Position numbers and translations under genes: made by a program
DNA from: Eledone cirrhosa
Taxonomy: Eukaryota
DNA: 64,000 bases
Direction: 5' to 3'
Assembly (NCBI GenBank): GCA_964016885.1
Contig: OZ024740.1
Location: 37,882,001 to 37,946,000, forward strand
Shown here: positions 27,601 through 42,399 of the stretch, piece after piece
How the letters are laid out: every line of letters starts with the position of its first letter
How positions within the stretch are numbered: position 1 is the stretch's first letter
Notes under the pieces: model-generated
Seen by the model: the letters and a program-made list of their open reading frames with translations, nothing else
Database searches by the model: none
Told to the model about the DNA's origin: nothing

Positions 27601-30200
27601 CCTAGGTTTAAACAATGGTCCTATGGTTTATTACTGTTAAAAGACAGTATAGTTTGTGACTATACCTAGGTTTAAACAATGGTCCTATGGTTTATTACAG
27701 TTAAAAGACAGTATAGTGTGTGACAATACCTAGGTTTAAACAATGGTCCTATGGTTTATTACGGTAAAAAGACAGTATAGTTTGTGACAATACCTAGGTT
27801 TTAACAATGGTCCTATGGTTTATTAGTTAAAAGACAGTATAGTTTGTGACAATACCTAGGTTTAAACAATGGTCCTATGGTTTATTACAGTTAAAAGACA
27901 GTATAGTTTGTGACAATACCTAGGTTTTAACAATGGTCCTATGGTTTATTACAGTTAAAAGACAGTATAGTTTGTGACAATACCTAGGTTTTAACAATGG
28001 TCCTATGGTTTATTAGTTAAAAGACAGTATAGTTTGTGACAATATCTAGGTTTTAACAATAGTCCTATGGTTTATTAGTTAAAAGACAGTATAGTTTGTG
28101 ACAACACGTAGGTTTTAACAATGGTCCTATGGTTTATTAGTTAAAAGACAGTATAGTTTGTGACAATACCTAGGTTTAAACAATGGTCCTATGGTTTATT
28201 ACAGTTAAAAGACAGTATAGTTTGTGACTATACCTAGGTTTAAACAATGGTCCTATGGTTTATTAGTTAAAAGACAGTATAGTTTGTGACAATACCTAGG
28301 TTTAAACGATGGTCCTATGGTTTATTACAGTTAAAAGAGAGTATAGTTTGTGACAATACCTAGGTTTTAAAATGGTCCTATGGTTTATTAGTTAAAAGAG
28401 AGTATAGTTTGTGACAATACCTAGGTTTAAACAATGGTCCTATGGTTTATTACAGTTAAAAGACAGTATAGTTTGTGACAATACCAAGGTTTTAACAATG
28501 GTCCTATGATTTATTAGTTAAAAGACAGTATAGTTTGTGACAATACCTAGGTTTAAACAATGGTCCTATGGTTTATTACAGTTAAAAGACAGTATAGTTT
28601 GTGACTATACCTAGGTTTAAACAATGGTCCTATGGTTTATTACAGTTAAAAGACAGTATAGTTTGTGACTATACCTAGGTTTAAACAATGGTCCTATGGT
28701 TTATTACAGTTAAAAGACAGTATAGTGTGTGACAATACCTAGGTTTAAACAATGGTCCTATGGTTTATTACGGTAAAAAGACAGTATAGTTTGTGACAAT
28801 ACCTAGGTTTTAACAATGGTCCTATGGTTTATTAGTTAAAAGACAGTATAGTTTGTGACAATACCTAGGTTTAAACAATGGTCCTATGGTTTATTACAGT
28901 TAAAAGACAGTATAGATTGTGACAATACCTAGGTTTAAACAATGGTCCTATGGTTTATTACAGTTAAAAGACAGTATAGTTTGTGACAATACCTAGGTTT
29001 AAACAATGGTCCTATGGTTTATTACAGTTAAAAGACAGTATAGTTTGTGACAATATCTAGGTTTAAACAATGGTCCTATGGTTTATTACAGTTAAAAGAC
29101 AGTATAGTTTGTGACAATACCTAGGTTTAAACAATGGTCCTATGGTTTATTACATTTAAAAGACAGTATAGTTTGTGACAATACCTAGGTTTAAACAATG
29201 GTCCTATGGTTTATTACAGTTAAAAGACAGTAAAGTTTGTGACAATACCAAGGTTTTAACAATGGTCCTATGGTTTATTACGGTTAAAAGACAGTATAGT
29301 TTGTGACAATACCTAGGTTTAAACAATGGTCCTATGGTTTATTACGGTAAAAAGACAGTATAGTTTGTGACAATACCTAGGTTTAAACAATGGTCCTATG
29401 GTTTATTACAGTTAAAAGACAGTATAGTTTGTGCCAATACCTAGGTTTAAACAATGGTCCTATGGTTTATTAGTTAAAAGACAGTATAGTTTGTGACAAT
29501 ACCTAGGTTTAAACAATGGTCCTATGGTTTATTACAGTTAAAAGACAGTATAGTTTGTGACAATACCTAGGTTTAAACAATGGTCCTATGGTTTATTACA
29601 GTTAAAAGACAGTATAGTTTGTGACAATACCTAGGTTTTAACAATGGTCCTATGGTTTATTACGGTAAAAAGACAGTATAGTTTGTGACAATACCTAGGT
29701 TTAAACAATGGTCCTATGGTTTATTACAGTTAAAAGACAGTATAGTTTGTGACAATACCTAGGTTTAAACAATGGTCCTATGGTTTATTACAGTTAAAAG
29801 ACAGTATAGTTTGTGACAATACCTAGGTTTTAACAATGGTCCTATGGTTTATTACAGTTAAAAGACAGTATAGTTTGTGACAATACCTAGGTTTAAACAA
29901 TGGTCGTATGGTTTATTACAGTTAAAAGACAGTATAGTTTGTGACAATACCTAGGTTTTAACAATGGTCTTATGGTTTATTACAGTTAAAAGACAGTATA
30001 GTTTGTGACAATACCTAGGTTTTAACAATGGTCCTATGGTTTATTACAGTTAAAAGACAGTATAGTTTGTGACAATACCTAGGTTTAAACAATGGTCCTA
30101 TGGTTTATTACAGTTAAAAGACAGTATAGTTTGTGCCAATACCTAGGTTTAAACAATGGTCCTATGGTTTATTACAGTTAAAAGACAGTATAGTTTGTGA
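15500..30200. repeat. Higher-order block C: ~4.1-kb (65-mer) unit with partial tandem re-duplications of 2,682 and 2,090 bp
   Basis: CAGTAAAG..CCAAGG is at 16191, 20325, 23007 and 29231. GTGTGAAAAT is at 18055, 22189, 24871 and 26961 (offsets 4134, 2682, 2090). CCTATGCTTT is at 19729/22411 (2682). CAACACGTAGG is at 19201, 26017 and 28107. Confidence 0.85.
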
Positions 30201-30449
30201 CAATACCTAGGTTTTAACAATGGTCCTATGGTTTATTACAGTTAAAAGACAGTATAGTTTGTGACAATACCTAGGTTTTAACAATGGTCCTATGGTTTAT
30301 TACGGTAAAAAGACAGTATAGTTTGTGACAATACCTACGTTTAACAATGGTCCTATGGTTTATTAGTTAAAAGACAGTATAGTTTGTGACAATACCTAGG
30401 TTTAAACAATGGTCCTATGGTTTATTACAGTTAAAAGACAGTATAGTTT

Positions 30450-33400
30450 GTGACAATACCTAGGTTTTAACGATGGTCCTATTGTTTATTAGTTAAAAGA
30501 CAGTATAGTTTGTGACAATACCTAGGTTTAAACAATGGTCCTATGGTTTATTACAGTTAAAAGACAGTATAGTTTGTGACTATACCTAGGTTTAAACAAT
30601 GGTCCTATGGTTTATTACAGTTAAAAGACAGTATAGTTTGTGACAATACCTAGGTTTAAACAATGGTCCTATGGTTTATTACAGTTAAAAGACAGTATAG
30701 TTTGTGACAATACCTAGGTTTAAACAATGGTCCTATGGTTTATTACTGTTAAAAGACAGTATAGTTTGTGACTATACCTAGGTTTAAACAATGGTCCTAT
30801 GGTTTATTACAGTTAAAAGACAGTATAGTGTGTGACAATACCTAGGTTTAAACAATGGTCCTATGGTTTATTACGGTAAAAAGACAGTATAGTTTGTGAC
30901 AATACCTAGGTTTTAACAATGGTCCTATGGTTTATTAGTTAAAAGACAGTATAGTTTGTGACAATACCTAGGTTTAAACAATGGTCCTATGGTTTATTAC
31001 AGTTAAAAGACAGTATAGATTGTGACAATACCTAGGTTTAAACAATGGTCCTATGGTTTATTACAGTTAAAAGACAGTATAGTTTGTGACAATACCTAGG
31101 TTTAAACAATGGTCCTATGGTTTATTACAGTTAAAAGACAGTATAGTTTGTGACAATATCTAGGTTTAAACAATGGTCCTATGGTTTATTATAGTTAAAA
31201 GACAGTATAGTTTGTGACAATACCTAGGTTTAAACAATGGTCCTATGGTTTATTACTGTTAAAAGACAGTATAGTTTGTGACTATACCTAGATTTAAACA
31301 ATGGTCCTATGGTTTATTACAGTTAAAAGACAGTATAGTGTGTGACAATACCTAGGTTTAAACAATGGTCCTATGGTTTATTACGGTAAAAAGACAGTAT
31401 AGTTTGTGACAATACCTAGGTTTTAACAATGGTCCTATGGTTTATTAGTTAAAAGACAGTATAGTTTGTGACAATACCTAGGTTTAAACAATGGTCCTAT
31501 GGTTTATTACAGTTAAAAGACAGTATAGATTGTGACAATACCTAGGTTTAAACAATGGTCCTATGGTTTATTACAGTTAAAAGACAGTATAGTTTGTGAC
31601 AATACCTAGGTTTAAACAATGGTCCTATGGTTTATTACAGTTAAAAGACAGTATAGTTTGTGACAATATCTAGGTTTAAACAATGGTCCTATGGTTTATT
31701 ACAGTTAAAAGACAGTATAGTTTGTGACAATACCTAGGTTTAAACAATGGTCCTATGGTTTATTACATTTAAAAGACAGTATAGTTTGTGACAATACCTA
31801 GGTTTAAACAATGGTCCTATGGTTTATTACAGTTAAAAGACAGTAAAGTTTGTGACAATACCAAGGTTTTAACAATGGTCCTATGGTTTATTACGGTTAA
31901 AAGACAGTATAGTTTGTGACAATACCTAGGTTTAAACAATGGTCCTATGGTTTATTACGGTAAAAAGACAGTATAGTTTGTGACAATACCTAGGTTTAAA
32001 CAATGGTCCTATGGTTTATTACAGTTAAAAGACAGTATAGTTTGTGCCAATACCTAGGTTTAAACAATGGTCCTATGGTTTATTAGTTAAAAGACAGTAT
32101 AGTTTGTGACAATACCTAGGTTTAAACAATGGTCCTATGGTTTATTACAGTTAAAAGACAGTATAGTTTGTGACAATACCTAGGTTTAAACAATGGTCCT
32201 ATGGTTTATTACAGTTAAAAGACAGTATAGTTTGTGACAATACCTAGGTTTTAACAATGGTCCTATGGTTTATTACAGTTAAAAGACAGTATAGTTTGTG
32301 ACAATACCTAGGTTTAAACAATGGTCCTATGGTTTATTACAGTTAAAAGACAGTATAGTTTGTGACAATACCTAGGTTTAAACAATGGTCCTATGGTTTA
32401 TTACAGTTAAAAGACAGTATAGTTTGTGACAATACCTAGGTTTTAACAATGGTCTTATGGTTTATTACAGTTAAAAGACAGTATAGTTTGTGACAATACC
32501 TAGGTTTTAACAATGGTCCTATGGTTTATTACAGTTAAAAGACAGTATAGTTTGTGACAATACCTAGGTTTAAACAATGGTCCTATGGTTTATTACAGTT
32601 AAAAGACAGTATAGTTTGTGCCAATACCTAGGTTTAAACAATGGTCCTATGGTTTATTACAGTTAAAAGACAGTATAGTTTGTGACAATACCTAGGTTTA
32701 AACAATGGTCGTATGGTTTATTACAGTTAAAAGACAGTATAGTTTGTGCCAATACCTAGGTTTAAACAATGGTCCTATGGTTTAATACAGTTAAAAGACA
32801 GTATAGTTTGTGACAATACCTAGGTTTAAACAATGGTCCTATGGTTTATTACAGTTAAAAGACAGTATAGTTTGTGACAATACCTAGGTTTAAACAATGG
32901 TCCTATGGTTTATTACAGTTAAAAGACAGTATAGTTTGTGACAATACCCAGGTTTAAACAATGGTCCTATGGTTTATTACAGTTAAAAGACAGTATAGTT
33001 TGTGCCAATACCTAGGTTTAAACAATGGTCCTATGGTTTATAACAGTTAAAAGACAGTATAGTTTGTGCCAATACCTAGGTTTAAACAATGGTCCTATGG
33101 TTTATTACAGTTAAAAGACAGTATAGTTTGTGCCAATACCTAGGTTTAAACAATGGTCCTATGGTTTATAACAGTTAAAAGACAGTATAGTTTGTGACAA
33201 TACCTAGGTTTAAACAATGGTCCTATGGTTTATTACACTTAAAAGACAGTATAGTTTGTGACAATACCTAGGTTTAAACAATGGTCCTATGGTTTATTAC
33301 AGTTAAAAGACAGTATAGTTTGTGACAATACCTAGGTTTAAACAATGGTCTTATGGTTTATTACAGTTAAAAGACAGTATAATTTGTGACAACACCTAGG

Positions 33401-36400
33401 TTTAAACAATGGTCCTGTGGTTTATTACAGTTAAAAGACAGTATAGTGTGTGAAAATACCTAGGTTTAAACAATGGTCCTATGGTTTATTACGGTAAAAA
33501 GACAGTATAGTTTGTGACAATACCTAGGTTTTAACAATGGTCCTATGGTTTATTAGTTAAAAGACAGTATAGTTTGTGACAATACCTAGGTTTAAACAAT
33601 GGTCCTATGGTTTATTACAGTTAAAAGAGAGTATAGTTTGTGACAATACCTAGGTTTTAAAATGGTCCTATGGTTTATTAGTTAAAAGACAGTATAGTTT
33701 GTGACAATACCTAGGTTTAAACAATGGTCCTATGGTTTATTACAGTTAAAAGACAGTATAGTTTGTGACAATACCTAGGTTTTAACAATGGTCCTATGGT
33801 TTATTAGTTAAAAGACAGTATAGTTTGTGACAATACCTAGGTTTAAACAATGGTCCTATGGTTTATTACAGTTAAAAGACAGTATAGTTTGTGACTATAC
33901 CTAGGTTTAAACAATGGTCCTATGGTTTATTACAGTTAAAAGACAGTATAGTTTGTGACAATACCTAGGTTTAAACAATGGTCCTATGGTTTATTACAGT
34001 TAAAAGACAGTATAGTTTGTGACAATATCTAGGTTTTAACAATGGTCCTATGGTTTATTACAGTTAAAAGACAGTATAGTTTGTGACAATACCTAGGTTT
34101 AAACAATGGTCCTATGGTTTATTACTGTTAAAAGACAGTATAGTTTGTGACTATACCTAGGTTTAAACAATGGTCCTATGGTTTATTACAGTTAAAAGAC
34201 AGTATAGTGTGTGACAATACCTAGGTTTAAACAATGGTCCTATGGTTTATTACAGTTAAAAGACAGTATAGTTTGTGACAATACCTAGGTTTAAACAATG
34301 GTCCTATGGTTTATTACAGTTAAAAGACAGTATAGTTTGTGCCAATACCTAGGTTTAAACAATGGTCCTATGGTTTATAACAGTTAAAAGACAGTATAGT
34401 TTGTGCCAATACCTAGGTTTAAACAATGGTCCTATGGTTTATTACAGTTAAAAGACAGTATAGTTTGTGCCAATACCTAGGTTTAAACAATGGTCCTATG
34501 GTTTATAACAGTTAATAGACAGTATAGTTTGTGACAATACCTAGGTTTAAACAATGGTCCTATGGTTTATTACACTTAAAAGACAGTATAGTTTGTGACA
34601 ATACCTAGGTTTAAACAATGGTCCTATGGTTTATTACAGTTAAAAGACAGTATAGTTTGTGACAATACCTAGGTTTAAACAATGGTCTTATGGTTTATTA
34701 CAGTTAAAAGACAGTATAATTTGTGACAACACCTAGGTTTAAACAATGGTCCTGTGGTTTATTACAGTTAAAAGACAGTATAGTGTGTGAAAATACCTAG
34801 GTTTAAACAATGGTCCTATGGTTTATTACGGTAAAAAGACAGTATAGTTTGTGACAATACCTAGGTTTTAACAATGGTCCTATGGTTTATTAGTTAAAAG
34901 ACAGTATAGTTTGTGACAATACCTAGGTTTAAACAATGGTCCTATGGTTTATTACAGTTAAAAGAGAGTATAGTTTGTGACAATACCTAGGTTTTAAAAT
35001 GGTCCTATGGTTTATTAGTTAAAAGACAGTATAGTTTGTGACAATACCTAGGTTTAAACAATGGTCCTATGGTTTATTACAGTTAAAAGACAGTATAGTT
35101 TGTGACAATACCTAGGTTTTAACAATGGTCCTATGGTTTATTAGTTAAAAGACAGTATAGTTTGTGACAATACCTAGGTTTTAACGATGGTCCTATTGTT
35201 TATTAGTTAAAAGACAGTATAGTTTGTGACAATACCTAGGTTTAAACAATGGTCCTATGGTTTATTACAGTTAAAAGACAGTATAGTTTGTGACTATACC
35301 TAGGTTTAAACAATGGTCCTATGGTTTATTACAGTTAAAAGACAGTATAGTTTGTGACAATACCTAGGTTTAAACAATGGTCCTATGGTTTATTACAGTT
35401 AAAAGACAGTATAGTTTGTGACAATACCTAGGTTTAAACAATGGTCCTATGGTTTATTACTGTTAAAAGACAGTATAGTTTGTGACTATACCTAGGTTTA
35501 AACAATGGTCCTATGGTTTATTACAGTTAAAAGACAGTATAGTGTGTGACAATACCTAGGTTTAAACAATGGTCCTATGGTTTATTACGGTAAAAAGACA
35601 GTATAGTTTGTGACAATACCTAGGTTTTAACAATGGTCCTATGGTTTATTAGTTAAAAGACAGTATAGTTTGTGACAATACCTAGGTTTAAACAATGGTC
35701 CTATGGTTTATTACAGTTAAAAGACAGTATAGATTGTGACAATACCTAGGTTTAAACAATGGTCCTATGGTTTATTACAGTTAAAAGACAGTATAGTTTG
35801 TGACAATACCTAGGTTTAAACAATGGTCCTATGGTTTATTACAGTTAAAAGACAGTATAGTTTGTGACAATATCTAGGTTTAAACAATGGTCCTATGGTT
35901 TATTATAGTTAAAAGACAGTATAGTTTGTGACAATACCTAGGTTTAAACAATGGTCCTATGGTTTATTACTGTTAAAAGACAGTATAGTTTGTGACTATA
36001 CCTAGATTTAAACAATGGTCCTATGGTTTATTACAGTTAAAAGACAGTATAGTGTGTGACAATACCTAGGTTTAAACAATGGTCCTATGGTTTATTACGG
36101 TAAAAAGACAGTATAGTTTGTGACAATACCTAGGTTTTAACAATGGTCCTATGGTTTATTAGTTAAAAGACAGTATAGTTTGTGACAATACCTAGGTTTA
36201 AACAATGGTCCTATGGTTTATTACAGTTAAAAGACAGTATAGATTGTGACAATACCTAGGTTTAAACAATGGTCCTATGGTTTATTACAGTTAAAAGACA
36301 GTATAGTTTGTGACAATACCTAGGTTTAAACAATGGTCCTATGGTTTATTACAGTTAAAAGACAGTATAGTTTGTGACAATATCTAGGTTTAAACAATGG

Positions 36401-38080
36401 TCCTATGGTTTATTACAGTTAAAAGACAGTATAGTTTGTGACAATACCTAGGTTTAAACAATGGTCCTATGGTTTATTACATTTAAAAGACAGTATAGTT
36501 TGTGACAATACCTAGGTTTAAACAATGGTCCTATGGTTTATTACAGTTAAAAGACAGTAAAGTTTGTGACAATACCAAGGTTTTAACAATGGTCCTATGG
36601 TTTATTACGGTTAAAAGACAGTATAGTTTGTGACAATACCTAGGTTTAAACAATGGTCCTATGGTTTATTACGGTAAAAAGACAGTATAGTTTGTGACAA
36701 TACCTAGGTTTAAACAATGGTCCTATGGTTTATTACAGTTAAAAGACAGTATAGTTTGTGCCAATACCTAGGTTTAAACAATGGTCCTATGGTTTATTAG
36801 TTAAAAGACAGTATAGTTTGTGACAATACCTAGGTTTAAACAATGGTCCTATGGTTTATTACAGTTAAAAGACAGTATAGTTTGTGACAATACCTAGGTT
36901 TAAACAATGGTCCTATGGTTTATTACAGTTAAAAGACAGTATAGTTTGTGACAATACCTAGGTTTTAACAATGGTCCTATGGTTTATTACAGTTAAAAGA
37001 CAGTATAGTTTGTGACAATACCTAGGTTTAAACAATGGTCCTATGGTTTATTACAGTTAAAAGACAGTATAGTTTGTGACAATACCTAGGTTTAAACAAT
37101 GGTCCTATGGTTTATTACAGTTAAAAGACAGTATAGTTTGTGACAATACCTAGGTTTTAACAATGGTCTTATGGTTTATTACAGTTAAAAGACAGTATAG
37201 TTTGTGACAATACCTAGGTTTTAACAATGGTCCTATGGTTTATTACAGTTAAAAGACAGTATAGTTTGTGACAATACCTAGGTTTAAACAATGGTCCTAT
37301 GGTTTATTACAGTTAAAAGACAGTATAGTTTGTGCCAATACCTAGGTTTAAACAATGGTCCTATGGTTTATTACAGTTAAAAGACAGTATAGTTTGTGAC
37401 AATACCTAGGTTTAAACAATGGTCGTATGGTTTATTACAGTTAAAAGACAGTATAGTTTGTGCCAATACCTAGGTTTAAACAATGGTCCTATGGTTTATT
37501 ACAGTTAAAAGACAGTATAGTTTGTGACAATACCTAGGTTTAAACAATGGTCCTATGGTTTATTACAGTTAAAAGACAGTATAGTTTGTGACAATACCTA
37601 GGTTTAAACAATGGTCCTATGGTTTATTACAGTTAAAAGACAGTATAGTTTGTGACAATACCCAGGTTTAAACAATGGTCCTATGGTTTATTACAGTTAA
37701 AAGACAGTATAGTTTGTGCCAATACCTAGGTTTAAACAATGGTCCTATGGTTTATAACAGTTAAAAGACAGTATAGTTTGTGCCAATACCTAGGTTTAAA
37801 CAATGGTCCTATGGTTTATTACAGTTAAAAGACAGTATAGTTTGTGCCAATACCTAGGTTTAAACAATGGTCCTATGGTTTATAACAGTTAAAAGACAGT
37901 ATAGTTTGTGACAATACCTAGGTTTAAACAATGGTCCTATGGTTTATTACACTTAAAAGACAGTATAGTTTGTGACAATACCTAGGTTTAAACAATGGTC
38001 CTATGGTTTATTACAGTTAAAAGACAGTATAGTTTGTGACAATACCTAGGTTTAAACAATGGTCTTATGGTTTATTACGG
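30450..38080. repeat. 4,714-bp-offset duplication (approx. 30450-33350 copied at 35170-38070)
   Basis: Private markers CCTAGATTT 31291/36005, CCCAGG 32947/37661 and CAGTAAAG 31844/36558 are all 4714 apart. Confidence 0.88.
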
Positions 38081-41000
38081 TAAAAAGACAGTATAGTTTG
38101 TGACAATACCTAGGTTTTAACAATGGTCCTATGGTTTATTAGTTAAAAGACAGTATAGTTTGTGACAATACCTAGGTTTAAACAATGGTCCTATGGTTTA
38201 TTACAGTTAAAAGAGAGTATAGTTTGTGACAATACCTAGGTTTTAAAATGGTCCTATGGTTTATTAGTTAAAAGACAGTATAGTTTGTGACAATACCTAG
38301 GTTTAAACAATGGTCCTATGGTTTATTACAGTTAAAAGACAGTATAGTTTGTGACAATACCTAGGTTTTAACAATGGTCCTATGGTTTATTAGTTAAAAG
38401 ACAGTATAGTTTGTGACAATACCTAGGTTTAAACAATGGTCCTATGGTTTATTACAGTTAAAAGACAGTATAGTTTGTGACTATACCTAGGTTTAAACAA
38501 TGGTCCTATGGTTTATTACAGTTAAAAGACAGTATAGTTTGTGACAATACCTAGGTTTAAACAATGGTCCTATGGTTTATTACAGTTAAAAGACAGTATA
38601 GTTTGTGACAATATCTAGGTTTTAACAATGGTCCTATGGTTTATTACAGTTAAAAGACAGTATAGTTTGTGACAATACCTAGGTTTAAACAATGGTCCTA
38701 TGGTTTATTACTGTTAAAAGACAGTATAGTTTGTGACTATACCTAGGTTTAAACAATGGTCCTATGGTTTATTACAGTTAAAAGACAGTATAGTGTGTGA
38801 CAATACCTAGGTTTAAACAATGGTCCTATGGTTTATTACGGTAAAAAGACAGTATAGTTTGTGACAATACCTAGGTTTTAACAATGGTCCTATGGTTTAT
38901 TAGTTAAAAGACAGTATAGTTTGTGACAATACCTAGGTTTAAACAATGGTCCTATGGTTTATTACAGTTAAAAGACAGTATAGTTTGTGACAATACCTAG
39001 GTTTTAACAATGGTCCTATGGTTTATTACAGTTAAAAGACAGTATAGTTTGTGACAATACCTAGGTTTTAACAATGGTCCTATGGTTTATTAGTTAAAAG
39101 ACAGTATAGTTTGTGACAATATCTAGGTTTTAACAATAGTCCTATGGTTTATTAGTTAAAAGACAGTATAGTTTGTGACAACACGTAGGTTTTAACAATG
39201 GTCCTATGGTTTATTAGTTAAAAGACAGTATAGTTTGTGACAATACCTAGGTTTAAACAATGGTCCTATGGTTTATTACAGTTAAAAGACAGTATAGTTT
39301 GTGACTATACCTAGGTTTAAACAATGGTCCTATGGTTTATTAGTTAAAAGACAGTATAGTTTGTGACAATACCTAGGTTTAAACGATGGTCCTATGGTTT
39401 ATTACAGTTAAAAGAGAGTATAGTTTGTGACAATACCTAGGTTTTAAAATGGTCCTATGGTTTATTAGTTAAAAGAGAGTATAGTTTGTGACAATACCTA
39501 GGTTTAAACAATGGTCCTATGGTTTATTACAGTTAAAAGACAGTATAGTTTGTGACAATACCAAGGTTTTAACAATGGTCCTATGATTTATTAGTTAAAA
39601 GACAGTATAGTTTGTGACAATACCTAGGTTTAAACAATGGTCCTATGGTTTATTACAGTTAAAAGACAGTATAGTTTGTGACTATACCTAGGTTTAAACA
39701 ATGGTCCTATGGTTTATTACAGTTAAAAGACAGTATAGTTTGTGACTATACCTAGGTTTAAACAATGGTCCTATGGTTTATTACAGTTAAAAGACAGTAT
39801 AGTGTGTGACAATACCTAGGTTTAAACAATGGTCCTATGGTTTATTACGGTAAAAAGACAGTATAGTTTGTGACAATACCTAGGTTTTAACAATGGTCCT
39901 ATGGTTTATTAGTTAAAAGACAGTATAGTTTGTGACAATACCTAGGTTTAAACAATGGTCCTATGGTTTATTACAGTTAAAAGACAGTATAGATTGTGAC
40001 AATACCTAGGTTTAAACAATGGTCCTATGGTTTATTACAGTTAAAAGACAGTATAGTTTGTGACAATACCTAGGTTTAAACAATGGTCCTATGGTTTATT
40101 ACAGTTAAAAGACAGTATAGTTTGTGACAATATCTAGGTTTAAACAATGGTCCTATGGTTTATTACAGTTAAAAGACAGTATAGTTTGTGACAATACCTA
40201 GGTTTAAACAATGGTCCTATGGTTTATTACATTTAAAAGACAGTATAGTTTGTGACAATACCTAGGTTTAAACAATGGTCCTATGGTTTATTACAGTTAA
40301 AAGACAGTAAAGTTTGTGACAATACCAAGGTTTTAACAATGGTCCTATGGTTTATTACGGTTAAAAGACAGTATAGTTTGTGACAATACCTAGGTTTAAA
40401 CAATGGTCCTATGGTTTATTACGGTAAAAAGACAGTATAGTTTGTGACAATACCTAGGTTTAAACAATGGTCCTATGGTTTATTACAGTTAAAAGACAGT
40501 ATAGTTTGTGCCAATACCTAGGTTTAAACAATGGTCCTATGGTTTATTAGTTAAAAGACAGTATAGTTTGTGACAATACCTAGGTTTAAACAATGGTCCT
40601 ATGGTTTATTACAGTTAAAAGACAGTATAGTTTGTGACAATACCTAGGTTTAAACAATGGTCCTATGGTTTATTACAGTTAAAAGACAGTATAGTTTGTG
40701 ACAATACCTAGGTTTTAACAATGGTCCTATGGTTTATTACAGTTAAAAGACAGTATAGTTTGTGACAATACCTAGGTTTAAACAATGGTCCTATGGTTTA
40801 TTACGGTAAAAAGACAGTATAGTTTGTGACAATACCTAGGTTTAAACAATGGTCCTATGGTTTATTACAGTTAAAAGACAGTATAGTTTGTGACAATACC
40901 TAGGTTTAAACAATGGTCCTATGGTTTATTACAGTTAAAAGACAGTATAGTTTGTGACAATACCTAGGTTTTAACAATGGTCCTATGGTTTATTACAGTT

Positions 41001-42399
41001 AAAAGACAGTATAGTTTGTGACAATACCTAGGTTTAAACAATGGTCGTATGGTTTATTACAGTTAAAAGACAGTATAGTTTGTGACAATACCTAGGTTTT
41101 AACAATGGTCTTATGGTTTATTACAGTTAAAAGACAGTATAGTTTGTGACAATACCTAGGTTTTAACAATGGTCCTATGGTTTATTACAGTTAAAAGACA
41201 GTATAGTTTGTGACAATACCTAGGTTTAAACAATGGTCCTATGGTTTATTACAGTTAAAAGACAGTATAGTTTGTGCCAATACCTAGGTTTAAACAATGG
41301 TCCTATGGTTTATTACAGTTAAAAGACAGTATAGTTTGTGACAATACCTAGGTTTAAACAATGGTCGTATGGTTTATTACAGTTAAAAGACAGTATAGTT
41401 TGTGCCAATACCTAGGTTTAAACAATGGTCCTATGGTTTATTACAGTTAAAAGACAGTATAGTTTGTGACAATACCTAGGTTTAAACAATGGTCCTATGG
41501 TTTATTACAGTTAAAAGACAGTATAGTTTGTGACAATACCTAGGTTTAAACAATGGTCCTATGGTTTATTACAGTTAAAAGACAGTATAGTTTGTGACAA
41601 TACCTAGGTTTAAACAATGGTCCTATGGTTTATTACAGTTAAAAGACAGTATAGTTTGTGCCAATACCTAGGTTTAAACAATGGTCCTATGGTTTATAAC
41701 AGTTAAAAGACAGTATAGTTTGTGCCAATACCTAGGTTTAAACAATGGTCCTATGGTTTATTACAGTTAAAAGACAGTATAGTTTGTGCCAATACCTAGG
41801 TTTAAACAATGGTCCTATGGTTTATAACAGTTAAAAGACAGTATAGTTTGTGACAATACCTAGGTTTAAACAATGGTCCTATGGTTTATTACACTTAAAA
41901 GACAGTATAGTTTGTGACAATACCTAGGTTTAAACAATGGTCCTATGGTTTATTACAGTTAAAAGACAGTATAGTTTGTGACAATACCTAGGTTTAAACA
42001 ATGGTCTTATGGTTTATTACAGTTAAAAGACAGTATAATTTGTGACAACACCTAGGTTTAAACAATGGTCCTGTGGTTTATTACAGTTAAAAGACAGTAT
42101 AGTGTGTGACAATACCTAGGTTTAAACAATGGTCCTATGGTTTATTACGGTAAAAAGACAGTATAGTTTGTGACAATACCTAGGTTTTAACAATGGTCCT
42201 ATGGTTTATTAGTTAAAAGACAGTATAGTTTGTGACAATACCTAGGTTTAAACAATGGTCCTATGGTTTATTACAGTTAAAAGAGAGTATAGTTTGTGAC
42301 AATACCTAGGTTTTAAAATGGTCCTATGGTTTATTAGTTAAAAGACAGTATAGTTTGTGACAATACCTAGGTTTAAACAATGGTCCTATGGTTTATTAC

